Shown: positions 38,494-47,857 of the stretch, piece after piece
Position numbering within the stretch: the first letter of the stretch is position 1
Layout: every line of letters starts with the position of its first letter
Source of the DNA: a virus
Lineage: Duplodnaviria; Caudoviricetes
Length of the DNA: 64,000 nt
IMG/VR virus record: IMGVR_UViG_3300038530_003247
Span: 1 to 64,000 of that record
Direction: 5' to 3' (one strand)
Made by a program: the position numbers and the translations under genes
The notes under the pieces: generated by a model
What the model was told of the DNA's origin: nothing
Seen by the model: only the letters and a program-made list of their open reading frames with translations
Databases searched by the model: none

Positions 38494-38958
38494 ATGGCTG
38501 GACCTACTGAAAATGAGTTTTCAGAATTGCTGCGAGAGGGGTTTGAATATACCCCTCCCGTTGATTCTTATGAACACACTCCTGAATATTATGATCGAAC
38601 AAGAAACATTGATCCAAATCGAGAGGAACGCCACTTGAGTCTTAATTTCGACAAGGTTAGTCCTGCACATTACTGGAAGTATAGTGAAGATTTGACTCTT
38701 AATGAGGTCAAAGAATACTTGTCAGGAACTTATAGATCGCATTATACTTCTAAGGACTCAAAGACACAAACTCTTGATTTGATTGAGAGTATTGGTGATG
38801 GTGAAGCATTCTGCCGTTCAAATGCAATCAAATATCTTTCAAGATTTGGTAAGAAGGATGGTAAGTCTAAACGAGACATCCTAAAAGCAATTCATTATTG
38901 TATTCTTCTTTATCACTTCGCTGGACTTCACCAACAACAGAACAACTACAACTTCTAA
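38494..38958 (+). CDS. DUF3310-like protein
   Basis: HY...FCRSNAIKYLSRFGKKDG...DILKAIHY motif. Confidence 0.75.
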   Translation: MAGPTENEFSELLREGFEYTPPVDSYEHTPEYYDRTRNIDPNREERHLSLNFDKVSPAHYWKYSEDLTLNEVKEYLSGTYRSHYTSKDSKTQTLDLIESIGDGEAFCRSNAIKYLSRFGKKDGKSKRDILKAIHYCILLYHFAGLHQQQNNYNF

Positions 38959-38961
38959 TAA

Positions 38962-39627
38962 ATGAAACTCTCTGAAACTACATTGAACCTTCTGAAGAAC
39001 TTTAGTTCTATCAACCAGTCTATTCTGTTTAAGTCTGGAACAAAGCTTCGGACGATTTCGGTGATGAAGAATATCTTGGTTGAAGCTACCGTCACTGAAG
39101 ACTTTCCTCGTGACTTTGGTATCTATGACCTGAACCAGTTCCTCCAAGGAATGTCACTTCACTCTTCTCCTGAACTTGACTTTGCTGAAGATGAGTTTGT
39201 GACTATCCGAGAAGGTAAGATGCGTTCTAAGTATTTCTTCGCTGACCCCTCTGTCATCGTGTCTCCTCCAGAGAAAGAGATCAATCTTCCGTCTGAGGAT
39301 GTGTCTTTTGATTTGACATCACAACAACTGGAGAAGTTGAAGAAGGCTGCGTCTGTTTACCAACTCCCTGACATCTCGGCCATTGGTGAGGCTGGTGTTG
39401 TTAAGTTGGTTGCTCGTGATAAGAAGAATGGAACTTCTAATGACTTCTCCATTGTTGTTGGTGAGACAGATCAAGAGTTTGTCTGTAACTTTAAAGAAGA
39501 GAACCTGAAGATTATTCCTGGCAATTATGCAGTCACCATTTCCAGCAAACTTCTTTCTAAGTTTGAAAACACAGGATTGGATGTTGTTTACTATGTCGCT
39601 CTCGAACCTGACTCGAAGTTCAACTAA
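38962..39627 (+). CDS. g45: Sliding clamp
   Basis: LKNFSSINQS and FGIYDLNQFL motifs. Confidence 0.96.
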   Translation: MKLSETTLNLLKNFSSINQSILFKSGTKLRTISVMKNILVEATVTEDFPRDFGIYDLNQFLQGMSLHSSPELDFAEDEFVTIREGKMRSKYFFADPSVIVSPPEKEINLPSEDVSFDLTSQQLEKLKKAASVYQLPDISAIGEAGVVKLVARDKKNGTSNDFSIVVGETDQEFVCNFKEENLKIIPGNYAVTISSKLLSKFENTGLDVVYYVALEPDSKFN

Positions 39628-39958
39628 GCCGATTAATCAACCAGATCCTTATATTCTGTTTCTTGAAAATTGGATACCTGGTATAGGTGAAGACACTAAA
39701 CTCCATGACCAACTTCATATTCATTTTGGTCTTGGATTTAGTGTAAATGATGAAGCAAGACTACTTGGATTTCAATTGGGACACCACCCAGCAGGAAATT
39801 TCATTCATGTTGTTGTTTTTTCAATCATGAGTCTTACGATATATCCAAAAGATTATCGTAATACTTGGAAGGACGTGACAGATTTTTATCAGGCATATTT
39901 GATTGGTAAATACTGGCAGTCTGTGTCATACTGGTTTATACCAAAAACAATATTATGA
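39593..39958 (+). CDS. Hypothetical protein with Coq4-like HDxxH(x11)E motif
   Basis: HDQLHIHFGLGFSVNDE; ATGA overlap with speD; start uncertain. Confidence 0.5.
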   Translation: MSLSNLTRSSTKPINQPDPYILFLENWIPGIGEDTKLHDQLHIHFGLGFSVNDEARLLGFQLGHHPAGNFIHVVVFSIMSLTIYPKDYRNTWKDVTDFYQAYLIGKYWQSVSYWFIPKTIL

Positions 39959-40290
39959 GACATATTCTCTTCACTTTGAAGGGTTGTCCTTTTGGGTTGT
40001 TGGATGATGAGTCACATGTTCGTAATGTTCTTGCGAATGCTGCCACATTGTCTGAGAGTAAACTGCTCGGTGTTCAATCTCATAAGTTTCAACCTCAAGG
40101 AGTCACTGCTGTTGCTCTTCTTGCGGAGTCCCATATCTCTATCCACACATGGCCTGAGAAGGGTATGGCAATATGTGACGTTTTTACATGTGGTGAGCAC
40201 ACAAATCCTATGGCTGGGGTAAGATATGTGTATGAAGCCATGGGTGCTACAGACATGGTTTCTGAAATGTTTACGAGACCTTTTGAATGA
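39955..40290 (+). CDS. speD: S-adenosylmethionine decarboxylase proenzyme
   Basis: LAESHISIHTWPE and DVFTCG motifs. Confidence 0.93.
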   Translation: MRHILFTLKGCPFGLLDDESHVRNVLANAATLSESKLLGVQSHKFQPQGVTAVALLAESHISIHTWPEKGMAICDVFTCGEHTNPMAGVRYVYEAMGATDMVSEMFTRPFE

Positions 40291-40814
40291 ACATCTTCGT
40301 CACAAGCCCAAGTCCTCACGAAAGTGCAATTGCACTCCCTGATAAACATATCGTCAAGATGCCTCTGGAGACTTGTCAGATGCTTTCCATTGTTTGTTCT
40401 GATAAGTGGGGTCATGGGTTTGGGACTCTCCCTAAGGCTGACGGGACACCTTATGCGACCGACAAAGGTGCCTTCCGTAATCACCCTTGTACGGTCTGGG
40501 CTAACTCTTTTGTGATGAACTGGCAGTGGCTTCTCCATCATGGTCTTGCTCTCTGTGAGGAGTATAGAGTTCGATATGGTAAAATACACACATGCCACAA
40601 CACACTTCTTGAGGCAAAGAAGATTCTACCTACAGGAGATCCCACAGGACGATCTGGAAAGAGTCCTGAAAATTTTGTCTTTGCTGGACCTGATGAGTTT
40701 AAGCTGGACACATCGATAGACATCTATGACAAATACAAGATGTACATTTCATCTAAACCTTGGGTGAAGGATAATTATCTTCGTCTTCCTGATCGTAAAC
40801 CGGAGTGGGTATGA
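40287..40814 (+). CDS. Pyrimidine-dimer DNA glycosylase-like protein
   Basis: MNIF...DKHIVKMPLETCQML...NHPCTVW motifs. Confidence 0.75.
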   Translation: MNIFVTSPSPHESAIALPDKHIVKMPLETCQMLSIVCSDKWGHGFGTLPKADGTPYATDKGAFRNHPCTVWANSFVMNWQWLLHHGLALCEEYRVRYGKIHTCHNTLLEAKKILPTGDPTGRSGKSPENFVFAGPDEFKLDTSIDIYDKYKMYISSKPWVKDNYLRLPDRKPEWV

Positions 40815-41878
40815 AACTGTTAGAAAGAATTGATGAACTCTCAAAGATCGGATTGACTGATGGGGGTGTCTGTAGAAAGTCTGGATCTAAAGAGGATCAA
40901 GAGGCAAGAGATCTGGTTGTCCGATGGATGATGGAAGATGGTCTCACTGTTCAGAACGATGAACACGGGAACATCATTGGTCGTCTGGATGGTTTAGGCC
41001 CACGTATCGTGACTGGTTCTCACATCGACACAGTAGCCACCGCTGGTAAGTATGATGGTGTGTTGGGTGTTCTCGCTGGTCTGGAGGTTGCAAGGACCCT
41101 GAAGGGTTCTCTCAGGGGACCTCTGGAGGTCGTTGTGTTTGATGACGAAGAAGACACAATGAGAGGTTCTATTGGTTATACAAAGGATAAACCAGATATC
41201 AAGGCATTTTTGGAACTTCACGTTGAACAAGGTCCAGTTCTTGATGTTCAACAACTTGACATTGGTGTGGTGACTGGTATTGTTGGTCAACGAAGATGTT
41301 CATTCACTGTCAATGGTCAAGAAAATCACGCTGGAACCACACCAATGAGTATGAGGGATGATGCTCTCTACAAGGCATCGGAACTTGTTGTTTATGTCAG
41401 TGACATGGCCAATGAGATGTATGATGGTCTTGTGGCGACAGTTGGTCAACTCAATGTGTCACCAAATGCCTTCAGTGTTATTCCTGGAAGAGTTGATCTC
41501 ACCCTCCAGATAAGAGATTTGTCTGTTGAGAATATGGAAGGTTTTGTGGAGAATGTCTCAAATATGTTTGAACTTGATTATAAGGTTGAACATGCCTCAG
41601 ACCCAGCAATTTGTGATGAGGAAATCAAAGACATTATCAAGTCTGTCTCTCAAGATTTGAATTTGAAACATATTGAGATGCCATCAAGAGCATCACATGA
41701 CGCTCAAAACTTCACCTTCTGTCCTATGGGGATGATCTTTGTCCCATCCATTGGTGGTGTTAGTCATTCTCCCTTGGAGAAGACATCTGAAAAACACTGC
41801 GAGGACGGAGTAAGGGTTCTGACTGAAGTTATTAAAAAAATTGATCAAACCCGAATCAAACCATTTGGTGTGTTATAA
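40811..41878 (+). CDS. M20-family Zn amidohydrolase (N-carbamoyl-L-amino-acid / allantoate amidohydrolase type)
   Basis: GSHIDTV, YDGVLG, EE, ELHVEQGP, HAGTTPM, HDAQ and SHSPLE motifs. Confidence 0.9.
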   Translation: MKLLERIDELSKIGLTDGGVCRKSGSKEDQEARDLVVRWMMEDGLTVQNDEHGNIIGRLDGLGPRIVTGSHIDTVATAGKYDGVLGVLAGLEVARTLKGSLRGPLEVVVFDDEEDTMRGSIGYTKDKPDIKAFLELHVEQGPVLDVQQLDIGVVTGIVGQRRCSFTVNGQENHAGTTPMSMRDDALYKASELVVYVSDMANEMYDGLVATVGQLNVSPNAFSVIPGRVDLTLQIRDLSVENMEGFVENVSNMFELDYKVEHASDPAICDEEIKDIIKSVSQDLNLKHIEMPSRASHDAQNFTFCPMGMIFVPSIGGVSHSPLEKTSEKHCEDGVRVLTEVIKKIDQTRIKPFGVL

Positions 41879-41901
41879 TTTTATTATCCTGAGGAAAGTT
41901 G

Positions 41902-42849
41902 ATGAGTCGTAATGAATTCGTGTGGGTCGAGAAGTATCGTCCTCAAACGATTGATGAATGTATTCTTCCTGACAACATCAAGAAGACTTTCAAGGACTTC
42001 TTGGAACAGGGTGAGGTTCCAAACCTTTTGCTTTCTGGACCTCCTGGATGTGGTAAGACCACTGTCGCTAAAGCACTTTGTAATGAATTAGGAGTTGATG
42101 TTTATGTCATTAATGGATCCGATGAGGGGAGATTCCTTGATACCGTCAGAAACAATGCGAAGAACTTTGCTTCGACCGTATCGCTTTCGTCAGCTGCTAA
42201 ACACAAAGTCATCATCATTGATGAAGCAGATAACACGTCCAACGATGTACAACTCGCCTTACGGGCATTTACTGAGGAGTTTGTTGGTAACTGTCGCTTC
42301 ATCTTCACCTGTAACTACAAAAACAAAATCATCGAACCCCTCCACAGTCGATGTGCGGTCGTGGATTTTGCTATCCGTGGAAAGGACAGACAATCCCTTG
42401 CCGCAAAGTTCTTCGGAAGAATCCAAGAAATCCTCACAGGAGAAGGAGTTTCTTTCGAACCTAAAGTTCTGGCGACGCTAATTCAAAAACATTTCCCTGA
42501 CTGGAGACGTGTCCTTAATGAGTGTCAACGTTATTCCAGTAGTGGAAAGATTGATGCTGGAATCCTTGCAACCTTCTCCAATATTAAGACTGATGACCTT
42601 TTTACCTTCCTCAAGGAAAAGGACTTCCCAGCAGTGAGGAAGTGGGTTGTTGAGAACTCTGATGGTGACAGTCATCATCTGTTCAGGACCATTTATGATG
42701 GAGCTTACACTCATCTCACTGGTCCTGGTGTTGCTGCCGCTGTTCTTATTATTGCAAAGTATTTGTATCAGTCAGCCTTTGTTGCTGACCAAGAGATAAA
42801 TACACTTGCTTGTCTAACCGAAATTATGGTGGAGTGTGAATTCAAATGA
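41902..42849 (+). CDS. g44: Clamp loader large subunit
   Basis: WVEKYRP, GPPGCGKT, IIDEAD and SRC motifs. Confidence 0.96.
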   Translation: MSRNEFVWVEKYRPQTIDECILPDNIKKTFKDFLEQGEVPNLLLSGPPGCGKTTVAKALCNELGVDVYVINGSDEGRFLDTVRNNAKNFASTVSLSSAAKHKVIIIDEADNTSNDVQLALRAFTEEFVGNCRFIFTCNYKNKIIEPLHSRCAVVDFAIRGKDRQSLAAKFFGRIQEILTGEGVSFEPKVLATLIQKHFPDWRRVLNECQRYSSSGKIDAGILATFSNIKTDDLFTFLKEKDFPAVRKWVVENSDGDSHHLFRTIYDGAYTHLTGPGVAAAVLIIAKYLYQSAFVADQEINTLACLTEIMVECEFK

Positions 42850-43130
42850 ATGTAAAAGTAATGCGTACAAACATTGGTGAGGAAGTAATCTTTACCCTTA
42901 TCAATGAGGATGAGAACACCATTGAGATCGAAAACGCACTGGTTGCTGTGCCTAATGCACAGGGATCTATCGGTTTCGGTGCTTGGTCTTATCTCCAAAA
43001 GAAAGACACAACACTCACTGTCAATAAACAGTTTGTCGTTTACATTATTGAAGCGAATGATGAGGTTGTTGAAAACTATGAGAAAATCTTTTCTCCCATC
43101 CAAACCCCTAGTAAGAGCTTGATCCTATGA
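42846..43130 (+). CDS. Hypothetical protein, possibly Sm-like
   Basis: Translationally coupled ORF after g44. Confidence 0.65.
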   Translation: MNVKVMRTNIGEEVIFTLINEDENTIEIENALVAVPNAQGSIGFGAWSYLQKKDTTLTVNKQFVVYIIEANDEVVENYEKIFSPIQTPSKSLIL

Positions 43131-43510
43131 AAAGGGTAATTGCCTTAGCCATGTTACTTGCGGTTGGTTCTCCAGCGTTTGCAGACTACAGACAACCTGG
43201 TGGAACTCAACAGACCAACTGTTATAAAACTGTGTATCGTGAAAAGTATGTTCCTGGCACCAGAAACAACCCTGGTTATGTGAGAAAGTGGACTGAGAGA
43301 GTCAAAGTTACTTGTGAAAACCGTGGTGGTCATTATGAACATCATGAGTCTCATGTGGATGACAACTCTTGTGTTGAGGGTGCAATTCTTGGTGGGATCG
43401 CTGGCGGTGGTGCTGGTGCGGCCCTCTCTCGTGGTGATGGACGTTGGTGGGCAATCCCTCTGGGAATTGTTAGTGGATCCATGGTAGGATGTCAAATTGA
43501 TGGTGGTTGA
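43127..43510 (+). CDS. Secreted glycine-zipper protein
   Basis: Signal peptide and GAILGGIAGGGAGAAL motif. Confidence 0.75.
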   Translation: MKRVIALAMLLAVGSPAFADYRQPGGTQQTNCYKTVYREKYVPGTRNNPGYVRKWTERVKVTCENRGGHYEHHESHVDDNSCVEGAILGGIAGGGAGAALSRGDGRWWAIPLGIVSGSMVGCQIDGG

Positions 43511-43516
43511 TTTATT

Positions 43517-43897
43517 ATGGAATTGAAGGATTGGTTGAATTCAATCAATAATACAAAGAAGGATCTTCTTCAGGAGGATCCCTCTTTATCGAAGGAATAT
43601 CCCCCATACATTATTAATAAGTGTTTGTCAGGTCATATGGACTCTGTTCTTTTCGCCAATGAAATGAACAAAGCCCACTTTCTTGATAAAGATATGCAAT
43701 ATTTGTTTTATCTAAATAGTCTGAGGAAACGGAGGAGATTTTCTCCTTGGGTTCGAAAAGGTAAGATTGAAGACCTAGATTGTGTTAAACAATACTATGG
43801 TTATAGTAATGAGAAGGCATCTCAAGTCCTAAAGATTTTATCTAGAGAACAAATTGACTTTATCAAGAAAAGACTTGACACTGGTGGAGTGAAATGA
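43517..43897 (+). CDS. g62: Clamp loader small subunit
   Basis: YPPYIINK, ANEMN and YYGYS motifs. Confidence 0.92.
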   Translation: MELKDWLNSINNTKKDLLQEDPSLSKEYPPYIINKCLSGHMDSVLFANEMNKAHFLDKDMQYLFYLNSLRKRRRFSPWVRKGKIEDLDCVKQYYGYSNEKASQVLKILSREQIDFIKKRLDTGGVK

Positions 43898-44334
43898 ATC
43901 AAACGACTGAACCGCAGATCAACTGGTCTCAGGATCAAATGATCGAAGTGAGGCTGAGTGAACCGGATGACTTTCTAAAGGTAAGAGAGACTCTGACCAG
44001 AATTGGAGTTGCTTCCCGTAAGGAAAAGAAATTGTATCAATCCTGTCACATTCTGCATAAGCAGGGGAGATACTTTATTGTGCACTTTAAAGAACTTTTT
44101 GCTCTTGATGGTAAGTACGCAAATCTCACAAGTAATGATATTCAAAGACGTAATAGAATCACAAAACTCCTAACAGATTGGAACTTGATTCAGATTGTTG
44201 ATGAGGATTCAATCCTTGATATTGCTCCACTTAATCAAATCAAAGTCCTACCTTATAAGGAAAAGAGTGAGTGGGTTCTGGAACAGAAATACAACATCGG
44301 TAAAAGGTCCAAGGCAGAGGGTGAAAACCAGTAA
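43894..44334 (+). CDS. regA: Translational repressor
   Basis: DDFLKVRETLTRIG and CHILHKQGRYFIVHFKE motifs. Confidence 0.96.
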   Translation: MNQTTEPQINWSQDQMIEVRLSEPDDFLKVRETLTRIGVASRKEKKLYQSCHILHKQGRYFIVHFKELFALDGKYANLTSNDIQRRNRITKLLTDWNLIQIVDEDSILDIAPLNQIKVLPYKEKSEWVLEQKYNIGKRSKAEGENQ

Positions 44335-44340
44335 TAAATG

Positions 44341-44366
44341 GAGGGTTTCCAACACCCTCTTTTTTT
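44341..44366 (+). terminator. Intrinsic terminator
   Basis: GAGGGT...ACCCTC followed by a T run. Confidence 0.7.
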
Positions 44367-44478
44367 ATGCTTTCTGTTATAATTAGTATGTAAGAGGTTC
44401 GGGTTCTACGGAACCCCCTTTTACGCCAAAGATGCCTTCGGGGTCTTTACTTAACATACTCGCTTACTAAGGAGATCT

Positions 44479-44925
44479 ATGTCTACACTAGCAAGGTACA
44501 ATGTTGCCAACATCGACCAACTGGTTGATAGAATCGCAAGAAATAGTATTGGAATGGAAGACTACTTCAATCGTGTCTTCACCCATGAAACAAACAATTA
44601 CCCACCATACAATCTAGTTGCTGTAACTGAAGATGAGTTCAAACTAGAGATTGCATTGGCTGGTTTTGCTGAGACCGATGTGAAGGTCTACACAGAGAGG
44701 GGTAAACTAACCGTAGAGGGGTCTAAGGCCAATCAGACAGCTGAAGACGCATACGTCCATCGTGGACTCGCACAAAGGTCTTTCACAAGGGCTTGGACTA
44801 TCGCTGACGATACTGAGGTCAAGTCTGTTGAATTTGTGAATGGTCTTCTCACTGTCACCCTGGGTAGAATTGTCCCAGAGAAACATCAGAAGAAACTTTG
44901 GTTTGGAACCGAAGACAATTCGTAG
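44479..44925 (+). CDS. hsp20: Small heat-shock protein
   Basis: NYPPYN, LAGF and NGLL motifs. Confidence 0.93.
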   Translation: MSTLARYNVANIDQLVDRIARNSIGMEDYFNRVFTHETNNYPPYNLVAVTEDEFKLEIALAGFAETDVKVYTERGKLTVEGSKANQTAEDAYVHRGLAQRSFTRAWTIADDTEVKSVEFVNGLLTVTLGRIVPEKHQKKLWFGTEDNS

Positions 44926-44999
44926 TGTAATCTTATACCAAAAGTGTATCACTATGATACATTTTTTCTATATAATTATGTACTTATGGAGGACGACTT

Positions 45000-45083
45000 A
45001 TGAATCTTACAGCCGCCACTCTTACAATTGGGACCGCAATGACTCTTTTTTTCAATGGGTTCCTTGGAAGCGCATTCCCCTAA
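45000..45083 (+). CDS. 27-aa hydrophobic peptide
   Basis: GGAGG RBS; TATAAT at 44971. Confidence 0.5.
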   Translation: MNLTAATLTIGTAMTLFFNGFLGSAFP

Positions 45084-45125
45084 TGGTCCCCCTAGTATAG
45101 AGACCTTTTATTTTACGACACTATA

Positions 45126-45230
45126 ATGGCACTATTCGCACTCTTCTCATCTCTTACCGCAACAGCAATTTTAGCATACAAACTAACACCAAAATCAGAA
45201 GAAGAAGAAGAACTATTTCTTCCTTACTAA
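45126..45230 (+). CDS. 34-aa membrane peptide
   Basis: Hydrophobic helix followed by an acidic tail; translated by hand. Confidence 0.45.
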   Translation: MALFALFSSLTATAILAYKLTPKSEEEEELFLPY

Positions 45231-45264
45231 ATAAACTGACTCTACATCCGCAAACGTAGAGAGT

Positions 45265-45291
45265 GAGGGGTCTAAACACCCCTCTTTTTTT
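45265..45291 (+). terminator. Intrinsic terminator
   Basis: GAGGGGT...ACCCCTC followed by a T run. Confidence 0.8.
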
Positions 45292-45315
45292 GCATTAAAA
45301 TGATCAATAAAGCTC

Positions 45316-45684
45316 ATGATTAAACTTGTAGTTCTTAAAAGTGGTGAAGACTTGATTTGTGACGTTGAGGAGATGGTGGTGGCCGAGAAGGTCGTCGGTT
45401 ATTATCTCATCAATCCATGTGTAGCTTCAATCTCTCAAGACAAGAGAATGAGAATTACTCCCTGGAAGCCCCTCTCAAGTGATATTAGTATTCCTGTGAT
45501 TACTGATCACGTTCTCACTATCATCACCCCACAAGATGCACTTATGAATCTTTACGTTCAAACTCTGGAGAAATATGAAAATCGAAAATTTAAAAGTGGT
45601 CCTACTAGTGAACAACCTGAGGTTGGTGACACAGATCGAGGAAGTGACAGCGGATCTGGGAGAGCCAGACTGCAAGCTGACTGA
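45316..45684 (+). CDS. Hypothetical protein, possibly Sm-like
   Basis: IKLVVLKSGEDLI N-terminus; upstream of g43. Confidence 0.65.
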   Translation: MIKLVVLKSGEDLICDVEEMVVAEKVVGYYLINPCVASISQDKRMRITPWKPLSSDISIPVITDHVLTIITPQDALMNLYVQTLEKYENRKFKSGPTSEQPEVGDTDRGSDSGSGRARLQAD

Positions 45685-45838
45685 ACCTTTTGTTCTGAAT
45701 GATGACGGGACTTTGTCCCCATGGTTGTTGGATGTGACCAATGACAACACATTCATGATTCTTTCTGATAAGATCTTGACTTTGTGTGACCCAACTGGTA
45801 AGATTAAAGACAAATACGATAACCTGGTGAAGGGATGA
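45575..45838 (+). CDS. Hypothetical protein
   Basis: ATGA overlap with g43A. Confidence 0.65.
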   Translation: MKIENLKVVLLVNNLRLVTQIEEVTADLGEPDCKLTEPFVLNDDGTLSPWLLDVTNDNTFMILSDKILTLCDPTGKIKDKYDNLVKG

Positions 45839-47295
45839 GATTTTATACGAATGTGACAGCTCTTGGAAATAACATCCTTGTCAGGGGTTATGAAAATGGT
45901 AAGTCTGTCAAGTTCAAGGAAGAGTTTTATCCTACTCTTTTTGTAAAGTCCAACAAAGAAACAAAGTATAAAACCCTTGATGGTGATCCTGTTGAACCCA
46001 TAAAGCCAGGTACCATTAGAGACTGTCGTGAGTTCTTCAAGAAGTATGATGGTGTTGATGGGTTCAAGATCTTTGGGAATGAAAAGTACATCTATCAGTA
46101 CATCTCAGAGAAGTATCCTGAAGATGAGATCAAGTGGGACATGTCGAAGATCAGTCTGGTTACGATTGACATCGAGGTCCAGTCTGAATATGGTTTCCCA
46201 GATCCATGGGAATGTAATGAGGAGATGTTGACAATCTCCATTCAGGATTACAACACCAAATCGATAACAACTTGGGGAAGGAAACCTTATTATCCTACTC
46301 AAGCCAATGTGACTTATCATCATTATTCAGATGAGCAGGAGATGCTTCGTGCTTTTCTGAATTGGTGGACGATGAACACACCAGACATTGTGACTGGTTG
46401 GAACTGTCGTCTTTATGATATTCCTTATCTCTGTGGTCGGATTAATCGCTTATTTGGTAGCAAGGTGATGAGGGAACTCTCTCCTTGGAATTATGTCAAT
46501 CATGAGGAGATCACACTCAATGGTCGTCCACATAATGTGTTTGATCTGACTGGTGTGTCTGTTCTTGACTATATGGATTTGTATAAGAAGTTTACTTATA
46601 CAAACCAAGAGAGTTACCGATTGGATTATATTGCAGAGGTTGAACTTGGACAGAAGAAGTTGGACCATAGTGAGTTTGACACATTCCGAGACTTCTATCG
46701 TGGGAACTGGAAGAAGTTCGTTGATTACAACATCGTTGACGTTGAGCTTGTTGATAGACTTGAAGATAAGTTAAGATTGATTGAACTTGTTATCACAATG
46801 GCTTACGATGGCAAAGTTAACCTCAGAGATCCAATGTTCCAAGTTAGACTTTGGGACGCTATCATTTACAACTATCTGAAGAAACATGATGTTGTGATTC
46901 CCCAGATGGACAGGTCTGAGAAAGAATCCAAATTTGCAGGTGCTTATGTTAAGGAACCGATTCCGGGAGTCTATGATTGGGTTGTCAGCTTTGACCTTAA
47001 TTCTCTCTACCCTCATCTTATTATGCAGTACAATATCTCGCCCGAGACACTTCAAGAGTCTCGACATCCCAGCGTCTCTGTTGAAAGGATCTTGAATGAG
47101 GACATCACATTCGAGATGTACAAAGACTTTGCTGTGTGTGCTAACGGAGCAATGTTCAGTAAGAAAGAGGAGGGCTTCCTCCCAAAACTCATGAAGAAGA
47201 TGTACGCTGAACGTAAAGCATTCAAGACTCAGATGTTGAAGAGTAAACAAAAGTTAGTTGACATTGAATCAGAAATCAAAAGGAGAGGATTATGA
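45835..47295 (+). CDS. g43: Family B DNA polymerase, N-terminal subunit (exonuclease and motif A)
   Basis: DIEV, YNIVDV and SFDLNSLYP motifs; ends within the fingers domain. Confidence 0.93.
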   Translation: MRFYTNVTALGNNILVRGYENGKSVKFKEEFYPTLFVKSNKETKYKTLDGDPVEPIKPGTIRDCREFFKKYDGVDGFKIFGNEKYIYQYISEKYPEDEIKWDMSKISLVTIDIEVQSEYGFPDPWECNEEMLTISIQDYNTKSITTWGRKPYYPTQANVTYHHYSDEQEMLRAFLNWWTMNTPDIVTGWNCRLYDIPYLCGRINRLFGSKVMRELSPWNYVNHEEITLNGRPHNVFDLTGVSVLDYMDLYKKFTYTNQESYRLDYIAEVELGQKKLDHSEFDTFRDFYRGNWKKFVDYNIVDVELVDRLEDKLRLIELVITMAYDGKVNLRDPMFQVRLWDAIIYNYLKKHDVVIPQMDRSEKESKFAGAYVKEPIPGVYDWVVSFDLNSLYPHLIMQYNISPETLQESRHPSVSVERILNEDITFEMYKDFAVCANGAMFSKKEEGFLPKLMKKMYAERKAFKTQMLKSKQKLVDIESEIKRRGL

Positions 47296-47585
47296 CTAAG
47301 TTTTTGATGTTCACAAAGGAATCTTGCGGACCATGTGGTCTGGTGAAGAGGTATATCAATGCACTTAAAGATGATCGTGCTGAAGTTATTGAAGAGATTT
47401 ATCTTGAGGATGTGAGTGATGTTCCCATCCCTGAAGAGAATCTTGCACTCGCTAAGTCTTATGGTGTGACCGCGACTCCTGTTCTTGTCATTACTGATGA
47501 GGATGGAAACCACCTGGAAACTTACACTGGTGGTGTTCCCATCACACAGAACATTCGTAAGCTATGGGACAAGTATAATGTTTAA
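47292..47585 (+). CDS. Thioredoxin/glutaredoxin-fold protein
   Basis: CGPC active site and YGVTATP cis-Pro loop. Confidence 0.85.
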   Translation: MTKFLMFTKESCGPCGLVKRYINALKDDRAEVIEEIYLEDVSDVPIPEENLALAKSYGVTATPVLVITDEDGNHLETYTGGVPITQNIRKLWDKYNV

Positions 47586-47703
47586 GGAGATTACACCTGA
47601 GACATACGAAAAGATGAATGAGGAGTTTGAGGAGGAAGGTCTTTCCTTCCGAATCATTGTCCCTACTCAAGAACAAATTGATGAATGGAGGCAACGTGAT
47701 TGA
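47578..47703 (+). CDS. Small acidic hypothetical protein (41 aa)
   Basis: Overlaps both neighbouring ORFs. Confidence 0.5.
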   Translation: MFKEITPETYEKMNEEFEEEGLSFRIIVPTQEQIDEWRQRD

Positions 47704-47851
47704 CGACAATTTTAGAGACTCTTCTGTCAGAGCACAATTAGATAACATCTGCAAACTTTTGGGTGGTGAGGTGACGTATCATACTTGTTGTGATAGGACA
47801 ACTGAACATAAAAAGATCGTAATCAAGTACGATCATCGTAATAAAGAATGA
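47696..47851 (+). CDS. Small hypothetical protein (51 aa)
   Basis: GGAGG RBS with GTG start. Confidence 0.55.
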   Translation: MIDDNFRDSSVRAQLDNICKLLGGEVTYHTCCDRTTEHKKIVIKYDHRNKE

Positions 47852-47857
47852 GGAGGT

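Noticed and set aside
47296-47857. Intein, intron or frameshift explaining the g43 break
   Set aside because: No intein terminal residues; the gap is filled by intact coupled ORFs and g43B has its own RBS.
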